DNA of 64,000 nt from NCBI GenBank assembly GCA_963804995.1, contig CAWDSK010000003.1:1056001-1120000 (forward strand). The letters are read 5' to 3'. The stretch is from an uncultured Acidobacteriota bacterium (GTDB lineage Bacteria > Acidobacteriota > Terriglobia > UBA7540). How positions within the stretch are numbered: the stretch's first letter is position 1; the number at the start of each line of letters is the position of its first letter. The position numbers and the translations under genes were made by a program. Below the pieces are notes generated by a model. It ran no database searches. It saw nothing but the letters and a program-made list of their open reading frames with translations, and was not told the DNA's origin. Below are positions 11,245 to 20,896 of the stretch, piece by piece.

Positions 11245-11380
11245 TGTCATGAGTCATAAGTTAGTCAGCCCGCAAAGCGGGCGAAAGATCGTAGCCCGCG
11301 GCGACCCTGCTACGCGGGCTGAATTGCACGGTCCCAGGGCCGCACGATTTACACATCGAACTTCTGGGACACGACGCTGG
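11241..11380. mobile_element. IS630-related MITE abutting the IS
   Basis: Left end CTAGTGTCATGAGTCATAAGTT and right end GAACTTCTGGGACACGACGCTGG resemble the IS630 ends; internal GTAG hairpin. Confidence 0.6.
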
Positions 11381-11468
11381 GGAAAAGCGCTTTGGTGCTA
11401 AGCGGTGACTGGGAAGCAAGCTGGCTCGCGCCGGAGGCTCAATGTCAACCTGATCGGAGGATCGTTTC

Positions 11469-12569
11469 ATGCCTGTACAACTATCCCGTTGAGAGATGAT
11501 CAAGACCGTAGGAGCAACTGCGCTATTAAGCCCGCTAGCTTCGGGGGCCGTCACGCCAGGGCTGCACGACGAGGGTCCCGATACCCCCAAAATCTGCCTG
11601 GAAATCAGCGAAGGTTGGAACGGCCCGAATGAGGCCAGCATGCGCCGCATAAAGCAACTCGGCGTAAACCATGTACTCACCGGAGGCCCGCAGATTCCTT
11701 GGCAGGAAAGCCAAATTCGCGCCCTCATGGACCGCCTTAAAACCGGAGGCCTGACCCTGGGAAACCTTATGATCTGGGGGTTCCCCAACACGCTCTATGG
11801 AAGGCCGGGGCGTGACGAAGAGATTCGCCTTGTTCAGCAATCCATCCGCGCGGCCGGGGCAGCGGGCTTGCCAGTGGTGGAATACAATTTCTATGCCCAT
11901 CGCATAGTGGAAGGTTATTACGAGGAAATTGGCAGGGCAGGCGCGGGGATGACAGCGTTTGACTATGAGCGCGTCAAAAACCTGCCTCCGCTCCCGGACG
12001 AGGGCGCGCACAACCTCGAAGAAATGTGGAGCAACATTACTTATTTTTTGAAGGCCGTCGTCCCGGTCGCGGAGCAATCGGGAGTGCGGCTCGCCCTGCA
12101 TCCGAACGACCCGCCTGCCCCCCTCAGCCGCGGGTCAGAGCAGATCATGGGAACCTTGGCAGGGTGGAAGCGCCTTATCGATATCGTTCCCAGCAAATCG
12201 AACGGGATCACCTTCGACTGCGGTGTAACCCGCGAATTGGGAGAAGATCCGGTGGAGGTGTGCCGCTACTTCGGATCCAGGGACCGCATCAATCACATGC
12301 ATTTTCGCAACGTGCGGGTGGCGAAACCTCGTGAGAGGTACACGGAGGTTTTCCTGGACGAAGGTCAGGTCGATATGTTTCGAGTCATGAAGGAGCTGGT
12401 GCGGCAGAAATACCCGCGCCTGATCTTTCCTGAGCACCCGCGCGGACTCGACGCTGACCAGGTGAATCCCGATTTCAAGTCTGGCTACCCCGGGGGAGGC
12501 GCCTACACGGGCTATGCCTACAACGTGGGTTACACCCGCGCTATGCTCCAGGCAGCGTTGGAGGGCTGA
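11469..12569 (+). CDS. uxuA: mannonate dehydratase (UxuA family); in-frame TGA at 11490-11492 in the Tat signal, alternative start at 11496
   Basis: EYNF, LALHPNDPP, HMHFRNV, E.FLDEGQVDM and PEH motifs. GGAGG precedes ATG 11469, giving MPVQLSR*EMIK. Confidence 0.8.
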
Positions 12570-12605
12570 GGGCGCACCACCAAGCCATGCAGGCACGGGC
12601 TGGCG

Positions 12606-14518
12606 GTTGCGGTAGGGATACCGGTTACCCGGTACCCCCCGCACGGATCCGTACGTGCGCTGGTTAGCGCATACGGCTCTTATCTCGGATGTGTGGCGGC
12701 GAACCGTTGGGATGGCCAAGGATGCACAACGTGCGGAGCAGGCAACCAGCAGGCCGCAAGCTTCCCCAGTCGGTCCCAGTTGAGGCGGTGGCGTTGACTG
12801 CGTTGACGCAGTTGTGTTCGCCACAGTCGGGTCAACCGTTCCCGAAAGATTCGCAGGCGGTTGAGGTTTCCCGGTACCGCGTGATAGTTGAAGTAGCCTT
12901 GCACGACCGACCGGAGCCATTTACCCGTATCCGCGATGGGATCGTGCCGACGCTGCCGGAGTTGTTGCTTGAGTTCCTGCAACTTCCCCCGCAGGCGCTT
13001 GCTGATCGTCTTCCGCTTCACGGTAAATTGCCCCCTCCGGTTCTTCCCGCTGATATGCGTGAAGCCCAGAAAGTCGAACGTCTCCGGCTTACCTTCTCCT
13101 CTCCGTTTCCGGTAAAGTTCGGCAAACGGCCCGAACTCGATCCGGCGCGTTTTGTCAGGATGCAGTTCCAATCCAAACTTCCCCACCCGCTCCCGGAAAT
13201 CCTCCAGAAAGCGGTCGGCTTCCGTCTGCGCTTGGAATCCAAGGACCGTATCGTCGGCATACCGCACCACGACCACGTCTCCCCGGGCGTGCTTCTTGCG
13301 CCACGCCTGCACCCACAGGTCAAAGACGTAGTGCAGATAGATATTCGCCAGCAGGGGCGAGACCACCGCCCCTTGTGGCGTACCCATCTCCGTCTCCGAC
13401 CATTCGCCTTCCTCCCTCACCCCGGCTTTCAGCCATTTCTGGATGAGCCGGAGAATCCGGGGGTCGGCGACGCGATGCTGCACGAACTTGAGCATCCATT
13501 CGTGGGATATCGAATCGAAAAATCCACGAATGTCCGCGTCAAGAACGTAGTTCACGTGCTTCACCGTGAGCGCGTACGAGAGCGCGTCCAGCGCTTGATG
13601 CTGGCTGCGTCCCGGTCGAAAGCCATACGAGAAGCCCAGAAAGTCTTCCTCGTAAATCGCCTTGAGGATGGTGACCACGGCCTGTTGGACGATCTTGTCC
13701 TCCAGTGCCGCAACCCCCAACGGACGTTGCCGCCCGTCGCCTTTCGGGATATACGCCCTTCGCGAGGGCTTCGCTCGGAATGCTCCGCGGTGGACCCGGC
13801 TGTGCAGATCGACGAGTCGACCTTCCAGCCCGCTTTCATACTCCTGCCACGTCATGCCGTCTACTCCCGGTGCAGCTTTTCGCTTCAAGGCGTAAAAGCT
13901 TTCCCGCAGCAGATCGACCGTTAAGTGGTGGAGCAAGGCCGTGAACTTCATCTCCCTGTGTTCCTTCGCGGCTTTCCGCACACCCGCGAGTCCCTGGGAC
14001 ACGCGTGCCCCGCTCTGTGTCGGGTGCGTGTTAGGCCAACGGGTGTTCTCCTTGATCAGCGGCCTTCCCTCCTCATTCTCCGCCAACGGCTTCCCGTCTT
14101 TGTTCAAATGATTCATCGGTACTGTTCCGCTGTCCGACTCCTCGAGAGCGTGCAGGCGGGCTGTACGGCCATCGCCTTTTCCCGCCGTCCGGCCACGATC
14201 TACGGCGGCCGGCGCCTCCGAGGTCTCCCGGTTCTCGTGCAGAAAGTGTCTAGGCGTGTCTGGGGTCTACGACTACGCAGGACTGTGCCGGAACTCGCGT
14301 TGGCGTCCCGGCCTCATGTTGCCTTCCGTTTAGTCTGAAAACGTCGGCGTCCTGATTGGACATTTTCGAAGCTCAATACCCAGCCCACCTATTCCCCTGT
14401 TTACGCTTCACCGTGCGCCTCACGACGCCCAGCGCAAAACTCGGGGCCGAGTGGATTGCTGCTCCTTCCTCGTGAGAAATTTTCATTCTCTGCTTTCTGC
14501 CGGTTTATCCCGGCGCAC
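12606..14518 (-). mobile_element. group II intron, copy 1 (1913 bp)
   Basis: 5' end GTGCG at 14518; domain V GAGCCGTATGCG...GCACGTACGGATC and domain VI ending AAC at 12606. Boundaries match where identity with copy 2 stops. Confidence 0.93.
12680..14116 (-). CDS. ltrA: group II intron reverse transcriptase/maturase, no endonuclease domain
   Basis: APGVDG, RPLG, SYGFRPGR, GTPQG, YADD and FDFLGF motifs; X domain ending HPWP. Confidence 0.95.
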   Translation of the reverse strand: MNHLNKDGKPLAENEEGRPLIKENTRWPNTHPTQSGARVSQGLAGVRKAAKEHREMKFTALLHHLTVDLLRESFYALKRKAAPGVDGMTWQEYESGLEGRLVDLHSRVHRGAFRAKPSRRAYIPKGDGRQRPLGVAALEDKIVQQAVVTILKAIYEEDFLGFSYGFRPGRSQHQALDALSYALTVKHVNYVLDADIRGFFDSISHEWMLKFVQHRVADPRILRLIQKWLKAGVREEGEWSETEMGTPQGAVVSPLLANIYLHYVFDLWVQAWRKKHARGDVVVVRYADDTVLGFQAQTEADRFLEDFRERVGKFGLELHPDKTRRIEFGPFAELYRKRRGEGKPETFDFLGFTHISGKNRRGQFTVKRKTISKRLRGKLQELKQQLRQRRHDPIADTGKWLRSVVQGYFNYHAVPGNLNRLRIFRERLTRLWRTQLRQRSQRHRLNWDRLGKLAACWLPAPHVVHPWPSQRFAATHPR

Positions 14519-14589
14519 CAGACTCCTGTACTTTGGAGTCTGCGATGTCCCAAAGGGACACTCGCTCGGCAATGGATCAGGTCCACTCT

Positions 14590-14718
14590 GGGGCACCGCA
14601 GACCCCAAAGGTCGGGGGTCTGCGCCAGCCGGTGTACAGCCTGGGACCACTGCATTTCAGAATGAGCCTCAACCCGGGGCACCGCAGACCCCAAAGGTCG
14701 GGGGTCTGCGCCAGCCGG
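14590..14718. repeat. two identical 43-bp REP-like hairpins
   Basis: GGGGCACCGCAGACCCCAAAGGTCGGGGGTCTGCGCCAGCCGG at 14590-14632 and 14676-14718. Confidence 0.85.
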
Positions 14719-14957
14719 CGTGGGTTTTACCCGGGCGATGCTCCAAGCAGCGTTGGACGGCTAGCTCCATGCAGATTGACTGCGGACGGTTGCCACTGGG
14801 ATATCGGGCGTGAGAAGCGCCCACGGTCAGAAAAAACGCTGACCGTGGCTACCTCCTCCTGTTTCTTGGGCACTGCGCCAGCCGGCGGTCCGAAGGTGCT
14901 CCGCAACAAGGCGCTCGAACCAAGTGGGGGGAGTTCTCAGGACTTGCGCAATCCGCT

Positions 14958-15899
14958 ATGATGCAGGCCATGGACGTTGCCATCCGCTGCCGCCAACTCC
15001 GCAAAACCTACGAGGGCAATATTGAAGCTGTCCGCGGCCTCGACTTGGAAATCCAGGCCGGTGAATGCTTCGGACTGTTGGGCCCCAATGGCGCAGGCAA
15101 GACAACTACGATTGAAATCCTGGAGGGATTGCTTGAGCCCACCTCCGGCGAGGTTGAAATCCTGGGGAGCACCTGGGACGCGCATAATCGCGAACTGCGT
15201 GAAGTGCTGGGAATATCGCTTCAGGAAACGCGCCTGGCGGAGAAGTTGACCGTGCGAGAGACGGTGGAGCTGTTTGCCAGCTTCTATCGCCGCCCGCGCC
15301 CGCCGGCCGAAGTCATGGCGGAAATAGGGCTCACCGAAAAGGCTGACACCTGGGTGGGGAGGCTTTCCGGCGGGCAGAAACAGCGCCTGGCCGTGGCCAC
15401 CGCCTTGGTGGCAAATCCAAAGATTTTGTTCCTCGACGAGCCCACCACTGGCCTTGACCCGCAGAGTCGCCGCCAGGTATGGGAGATCATTCGACAGTTC
15501 CAGGAGCGGGGCGGGACGGTTCTATTGACGACGCACTACATGGACGAAGCCGAGCGGCTCTCAGACCGCATCGCCATCATCGACCACGGGCTCCTGATTG
15601 CTTCCGGCACGCCGGCGGAATTGATCGAGCGCCTGGGTGGCCACCACATCGTGGAATTCGACGCCTCCGGGGATGGCCTTCGTGACTCAGTTGAGTGGCG
15701 CTCGCTTCCCGGCGTTGAGGCAGTGCACGAGGAAGGCGGCAGAATCCTCTTGAGTGTGCGCGAACCACATCAGACCATCCCCGCGCTGCTGGCAGCCTTG
15801 GAAGCCCGCAACTCGCACCTGCTGCACCTCACCACGCGCCAGGCCAGCCTGGAGGACGTGTTCGTGCATCTTACCGGGCGCCACCTGCGTGAGGAGTAA
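14958..15899 (+). CDS. ABC-2 exporter ATP-binding protein
   Basis: GPNGAGKT, LSGGQ, LFLDEPTTGLDP and TTHY motifs. Confidence 0.95.
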   Translation: MMQAMDVAIRCRQLRKTYEGNIEAVRGLDLEIQAGECFGLLGPNGAGKTTTIEILEGLLEPTSGEVEILGSTWDAHNRELREVLGISLQETRLAEKLTVRETVELFASFYRRPRPPAEVMAEIGLTEKADTWVGRLSGGQKQRLAVATALVANPKILFLDEPTTGLDPQSRRQVWEIIRQFQERGGTVLLTTHYMDEAERLSDRIAIIDHGLLIASGTPAELIERLGGHHIVEFDASGDGLRDSVEWRSLPGVEAVHEEGGRILLSVREPHQTIPALLAALEARNSHLLHLTTRQASLEDVFVHLTGRHLREE

Positions 15900-15979
15900 A
15901 CGGGGTAGTGTGATAGTTTGTGAAGGCTTGTGAGGGGTTGTAAAGGATTCGGCCAGCTACGCCCAACCAGGAGAATAAA

Positions 15980-17052
15980 GTGGGTTCCACCGAAGTCGCG
16001 CTCGAAAACGGCCGCTGGGAAGGATACGCGCACCTGCTCCTGGCGCGCCTGAAGGAAATGTATCGCGAGCCGGAGGTCATCTTCTGGGTGTTCGCGTTTC
16101 CTATCCTTCTGGCACTGGGGTTGGGGATTGCCTTCCGCAACAAGCCCGCCGATACCAGCCGCGTGGTCATCGTGGCGGGCCCGGAAGCGACGCGCGTCTC
16201 ACAACTCCTTAGCGCTGCGACCGCCGGGGGCGTGATTCATGCCGAAGTGCTCCCCGCCGCCGACGCTTTCAACCAGTTTCGCCTCGGCAAATTCGACCTC
16301 GTGGTAACCCCGCAATCTGGCGAGTATGAATACCGCTACGACCCGGCGCGTCCGGAGAGCGTGTTGGCACGCAACACGGTGGATGACGCCCTGCAGACCG
16401 CCGCGGGGAGAAAGAATCCGGTGCCCACCAACAGTCGCGTTTCGAGCGAGGCGGGATCGCGATACATCGACTTCCTGATTCCGGGTTTGCTGGGCATGAA
16501 TTTGATGAACTCGGGCATGTGGGGTGTCGGGTTTGCACTCGTCGATATGCGCCAGCGGAAGCTTCTCAAACGTTTTGTGGCCAGCCCCATGCGACGGGGG
16601 GATTTTCTGCTCGCACTTGCCAGCAGCCGCCTAGTTTTGATGTTAATTGAATTGGCGCTGCTGCTTGGCTTTGGCGTGCTGGTTTTTCACCTGCGCGTCA
16701 TGGGCTCGCTGCTGTCGATCCTGTCATCAGCACGCTAGGAGCGCTTTGCTTCGGTGGAGTAGGCCTGCTCACAGCCAGCCGCGCTCAAAAAATCGAGAGT
16801 GTCAGTGGGCTGATCAATTTGGTCATGATGCCGATGTGGATTCTCTCCGGCGTCTTCTTTTCCTACGAGCGATTCCCTGCCCTCCTGCAACCGCTGATTC
16901 AAGCCCTGCCTCTCACCGCGCTGAATGACGCGCTCCGCGCCGCGATCCTGGAGGGCGCACCGCTCACCCACCAGGCGGTGCGACTCCTCGTGCTCTCCGT
17001 GTGGGGGGTCGGTTCTTATTTCCTGGCCCTGCGCTGGTTTCGGTGGACGTAG
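15980..17052 (+). pseudogene. ABC-2 permease with one frameshift near 16725
   Basis: ORF 15980-16738 (YIDFLIPG) continues in another frame to 17052 (LSGVFFSYERFP, LPLTALNDALR). Confidence 0.85.
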
Positions 17053-17070
17053 GGGAGAAGTTAGGAGCTA

Positions 17071-17220
17071 GAAGTTTGGAGATGGGAGTTATGAATTATG
17101 AGTTATGAGTTGAGCGTTAGGATTCAGAGTTGAGGGTTATGGAATCGACATCACGCTAACACCTGACGCCTAACTCATAACTCATAATTCATAACTCATA
17201 ACTTCTAACTCCTAGCTCCT
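17071..17220. repeat. inverted heptamer repeats (GAGTTAT-like)n / (ATAACTC)n between convergent genes
   Basis: Arrays at about 17071-17123 and 17169-17220. Confidence 0.8.
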
Positions 17221-17245
17221 CGCTCCTGGCTCCTGCCCCCGCTCC

Positions 17246-17905
17246 TCACCGCTTCTTCAAAGTGACCGCCAGCCCGCCCCCCTGCATGTAGAAAATGGTT
17301 TCCAGGTCCTGGTTGGAGGTCACCGCTTTGACGTAATCAGGAACCATCTCGACGTTATGAGCCAGAATCAATCCACCGGGCCGCACGAGGGGCAGGACCT
17401 TATTGAGGTAATCCACATAGCCGGGCTTATCGGCATCGATAAAGGCCAGATCGATGCGCATCTTCAGCTTCGCAACGTTTTCGTGCGCGTCACCCTCCAC
17501 AACCGTGACCAGGGTCTCGACACCGGCATCCTTAAAGTGCCCACGCGCCATTGCTGCCCGCTCGTGATCGATCTCAAACGTGGTCAGGTGGCCGCCTGTC
17601 TTCTCAAGCGCCAGGCAAAACCACAGGCCCGAATACCCTGTCGAAGTACCGATCTCGACAACCTGCTTGGCGTCGGCTGTTTCGGCGAGCAATCGCAGCG
17701 CCTCGCCGTCTTCAAGCGGGACGCTGAGGTAGGTCCGATGGAACTTCACCATGTGATCCATGATGGGCAGAATCTTTTTCTCCGCTTCCGTCTGCGCGAC
17801 CGGGGGATTAGAGGGAAGGGCCGGACGTGCCGGCCGATCTTGGGGTAGAGCCATACCCACCACCGCCAATAGAATACTCATAACTATGACCATGCGCTTC
17901 ATCAT
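17246..17905 (-). CDS. class I SAM-dependent O-methyltransferase with N-terminal signal peptide
   Basis: VEIGTSTGYS, FIDADK and VRPGGLILAHN motifs. Confidence 0.9.
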   Translation of the reverse strand: MMKRMVIVMSILLAVVGMALPQDRPARPALPSNPPVAQTEAEKKILPIMDHMVKFHRTYLSVPLEDGEALRLLAETADAKQVVEIGTSTGYSGLWFCLALEKTGGHLTTFEIDHERAAMARGHFKDAGVETLVTVVEGDAHENVAKLKMRIDLAFIDADKPGYVDYLNKVLPLVRPGGLILAHNVEMVPDYVKAVTSNQDLETIFYMQGGGLAVTLKKR

Positions 17906-17944
17906 TTCCAGTCTCCTTAAATGCTATGCTCTCTTGGGCAGGCA

Positions 17945-20668
17945 TTACTGGCCCGTGAGTCGAAAGGAATAATCTCCTGACCCCACCTCAATGGCAAAGT
18001 CGTGGTGCTCCTCCATCACCTTGGTAATTCCCGGATCTCCGGAAACATATTGGCCCTTCTCCCAAATCACTCGGCCATTTTCCTCGATGACAAAATCCGA
18101 CATCCCCCTCGGCTTGGGGATAATCACGCGTGCGTCAGCGCCCACGGGAATCGCCACTTTGAGCGTGACTGCGCCCGGCGATTGGGTCCAGGAGGAAGTA
18201 AGGGCGCCTCGAATCGTTTCCACCGTAGCGGAAGTCCAATCGAGGTCTTCCACAATCTGGGGTTGGATGCGGATGTGCCGATACCCCGCGCCATCTGCGT
18301 CCACATTGAGGCCCGCCAGCGCCTGGTAAAACCATGAGCCCACGCTGCCGAACATGATGTGATCGTGCGAGTTCATCCCGTGCCCGGTCTTTTCCTGCCA
18401 CAGCTCCCAGAGCGTCGTGGCGCCTCGCGCCAGCATATACCCCCAACTGGGGTAGGTAGTTTGCACCGCAAGGTCATAGGCCAGATCGGAGCGCCCCACG
18501 GCCGTGAGCGCCGGCATCAGGAACTTGACGCCGATAAGGCCTGTCGTGACGTGGGTATTATGATAATAGACTATATCATTGGTAAGGTTCATGGCCACCG
18601 CGCCGCGCCGGTCCTCTGGAACCAGATCGAGGTACAGGGCCATGGCGTTGGCGGTCTGAGTGCCGTTCGCATACTGATTAGTATCGGCGTGGAAGAAGGT
18701 GCGATTCAAGGCCTCGCGAATTCCCTGCGCAAGCTGGCTGTATGAAGCTGCCTCCGTGGAATTCCCCAGAACTCCCTCGATTCGCGCCAGAGTCTCCACA
18801 TCGTCGTAGTACCAGATATCCGCAATGTAATCATAGGGAGTGTGCTCAATCTCCACCCAATCCCCTTCGTGTCCGAAGTGGGCGCGGAAAACATTGTCGG
18901 TCGCCTGGCGGCGGAGGAACTCCACATATTTCTTCAGACCCTTCTCGTTTTGCTCCAAAATGCGTCGATCCCCGTACTGCTCCCACATGTACCAACAAAG
19001 CAATGGATAGGCCGTCTCCCAGCCGAGGTCTGCCGGGTACATGCCGTACTTGCGCGGGACGGTGGCGGGCAGCGCCCCGTCCGGCCCCTGGGCGTCCGCG
19101 ATGTCGCGGATGAAGTTGGTGTAGAACGCCGCCATATCGAAATTCAGCATGGCTTCTTCCCCGGTCGCCCAGGCGTCACCCATCCAACCCTGGCGCTCAT
19201 TGCGCTGGTCGCAATCGGTCGGAACGCTCATCAGGTTGGTGAGCTGGGACCAGTGAATGAGCCTCTGGATATCATTGAGGATGGGCTTGGAGGCCAGAAA
19301 GCTTCCCGTTGTGTTTACAGCCGTGTGCACCACCCGCCCACGCAACGAATCCAGACTGGGAGTTCCGGGGAACCCCGTCACCTCAACGTAGCGGAATCCA
19401 TGGTAGGTGAACCGCGCCTCGTAAGTCTCAACCCCCTCCCCACGCAGGGTATAAACATCGCGGGATTTAGCTGTATTGATAGTAGCACGGTTGAGCATAC
19501 CGTTCTCATAAAGCAACTCGGCATAGCGCAGAGTGACCTGGGTCCCTGCCGGTCCCTGTACCCGCAAGCGGGCCCAGCCGCTCATGTTCTGCCCCATGTC
19601 GAAAAGGTACACCCCGGGCTGAGGACTGGTAAGGCGCACGGGGACAAGGGTGTCGACAACCCGGATGGGTGGCATCATCTGCGCGGAGCGAATGCCCGCC
19701 GAGCCTTCGACCGTCTGTGCGGCGCTCCAGGCGGAGTCGTCGAATCCCGGTGTGTCCCACCCCGTCGTTTCGCGGCGCGCGTCATAAACTTCGCCATCAA
19801 AAATGCTGTCTTCGAGGATCGGCCCGCGCGTGGTTTTCCAGGCGCCATCACTTGCGACGCTGAGTTGCCGGCCACCCTCCATCTCAATATTCATTTGCAG
19901 GAGAAAGGCGGGTGACTGGTAGTAGGCAAAATCCGCAAACTGCGTTGCCCAACCGCCGCCCAGCGTGACGGCAACCGCATTCGGCCCCTGGCGCAGGGCG
20001 GAAGAGATGTCATAAGTCGAATAGAGGACCCGCTGCGGATAGGTCGTCCATCCCGGGTCTAACACATTCTGGCCGATCTTCCTTCCGTTTACTCTTAACT
20101 CGTAATAACCCAGGGCGGTTATGTAGACGCGGGCGCCCGTTGCCCCTGCGCTCAACGTAAATTCTTTGCGGAACTCATTGCCCTTGCCGCTCCCGCCGCC
20201 GATCCAAACCCCCTTCCACTCGTCTCGAGACAAGAGTCCCATGCCAAACCGCGCCGTCCGGCTATAGCCGCTCCCCTTCCCTTCCTTGTCCCAGTACCGC
20301 ACCTTCCAGTAGTAGGCCCGGCCACTTTCAAGTGCCTTGCCACCGTAGACGACCTGGGTGGAATCCTCCGATTGCACCTTGCCGCTGTCCCATTGGTCAC
20401 CGCGATCTTGCGCCAGGGTGTCAGGCTTGGTGGCAACCAGCACCTGGTAGGCGACCTGTTTCTCGCCGCGTTCGGAATGAGCGAGCACCCAGGAAAAGCG
20501 GGGCCGTGGCGTATCGACACCCATCGGATCAGAAAGGTACTCACAGCGCAGGTTCGCGGGCGCTCCGGGTCCGCTGACAGTCTGGCAATAGGACGATGCG
20601 AGCCCGTACCACACTGACAAAATCCCAACCAGGACGAACCTCGTGAAGAAGTTATACATTTTGAACAT
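17945..20668 (-). CDS. alpha-L-rhamnosidase (GH78)
   Basis: FTYHGFRYVEV, PTDCDQRNERQGWMGD, GATTLWELW and SHDHIMFG motifs; signal peptide; RBS before MFKMY. Confidence 0.92.
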   Translation of the reverse strand: MFKMYNFFTRFVLVGILSVWYGLASSYCQTVSGPGAPANLRCEYLSDPMGVDTPRPRFSWVLAHSERGEKQVAYQVLVATKPDTLAQDRGDQWDSGKVQSEDSTQVVYGGKALESGRAYYWKVRYWDKEGKGSGYSRTARFGMGLLSRDEWKGVWIGGGSGKGNEFRKEFTLSAGATGARVYITALGYYELRVNGRKIGQNVLDPGWTTYPQRVLYSTYDISSALRQGPNAVAVTLGGGWATQFADFAYYQSPAFLLQMNIEMEGGRQLSVASDGAWKTTRGPILEDSIFDGEVYDARRETTGWDTPGFDDSAWSAAQTVEGSAGIRSAQMMPPIRVVDTLVPVRLTSPQPGVYLFDMGQNMSGWARLRVQGPAGTQVTLRYAELLYENGMLNRATINTAKSRDVYTLRGEGVETYEARFTYHGFRYVEVTGFPGTPSLDSLRGRVVHTAVNTTGSFLASKPILNDIQRLIHWSQLTNLMSVPTDCDQRNERQGWMGDAWATGEEAMLNFDMAAFYTNFIRDIADAQGPDGALPATVPRKYGMYPADLGWETAYPLLCWYMWEQYGDRRILEQNEKGLKKYVEFLRRQATDNVFRAHFGHEGDWVEIEHTPYDYIADIWYYDDVETLARIEGVLGNSTEAASYSQLAQGIREALNRTFFHADTNQYANGTQTANAMALYLDLVPEDRRGAVAMNLTNDIVYYHNTHVTTGLIGVKFLMPALTAVGRSDLAYDLAVQTTYPSWGYMLARGATTLWELWQEKTGHGMNSHDHIMFGSVGSWFYQALAGLNVDADGAGYRHIRIQPQIVEDLDWTSATVETIRGALTSSWTQSPGAVTLKVAIPVGADARVIIPKPRGMSDFVIEENGRVIWEKGQYVSGDPGITKVMEEHHDFAIEVGSGDYSFRLTGQ

Positions 20669-20896
20669 GGATATTTCCTCCAAATGCGGAAAGTGGGACG
20701 ACATCGGGACAAAACCGGGAAGAGTTATTGCGACTAATGTGTATCACACCGGGGCGCGAGGAGTCGACACCTGAATGCGGCCACCGGCGCTGCGCCGCCT
20801 CGCTGAAGAGCGCGTAGCGCACCGTCGTTAAGGTCTGCGGTTCTTCGTTTGCCGATTGAATAAATGTATCGTGGTGCAGAAGCCGCCCGTGTAGCG

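Noticed and set aside
11490..11492. Selenocysteine or genome-wide TGA reassignment at the Tat-site TGA codons
   Set aside because: The expected residue is Arg, not Cys, and many genes in the window end normally in TGA.
12689..13924. 411-aa plus-strand ORF (also 20980-22215)
   Set aside because: Antisense to the intron RT; it is duplicated only because the intron is.
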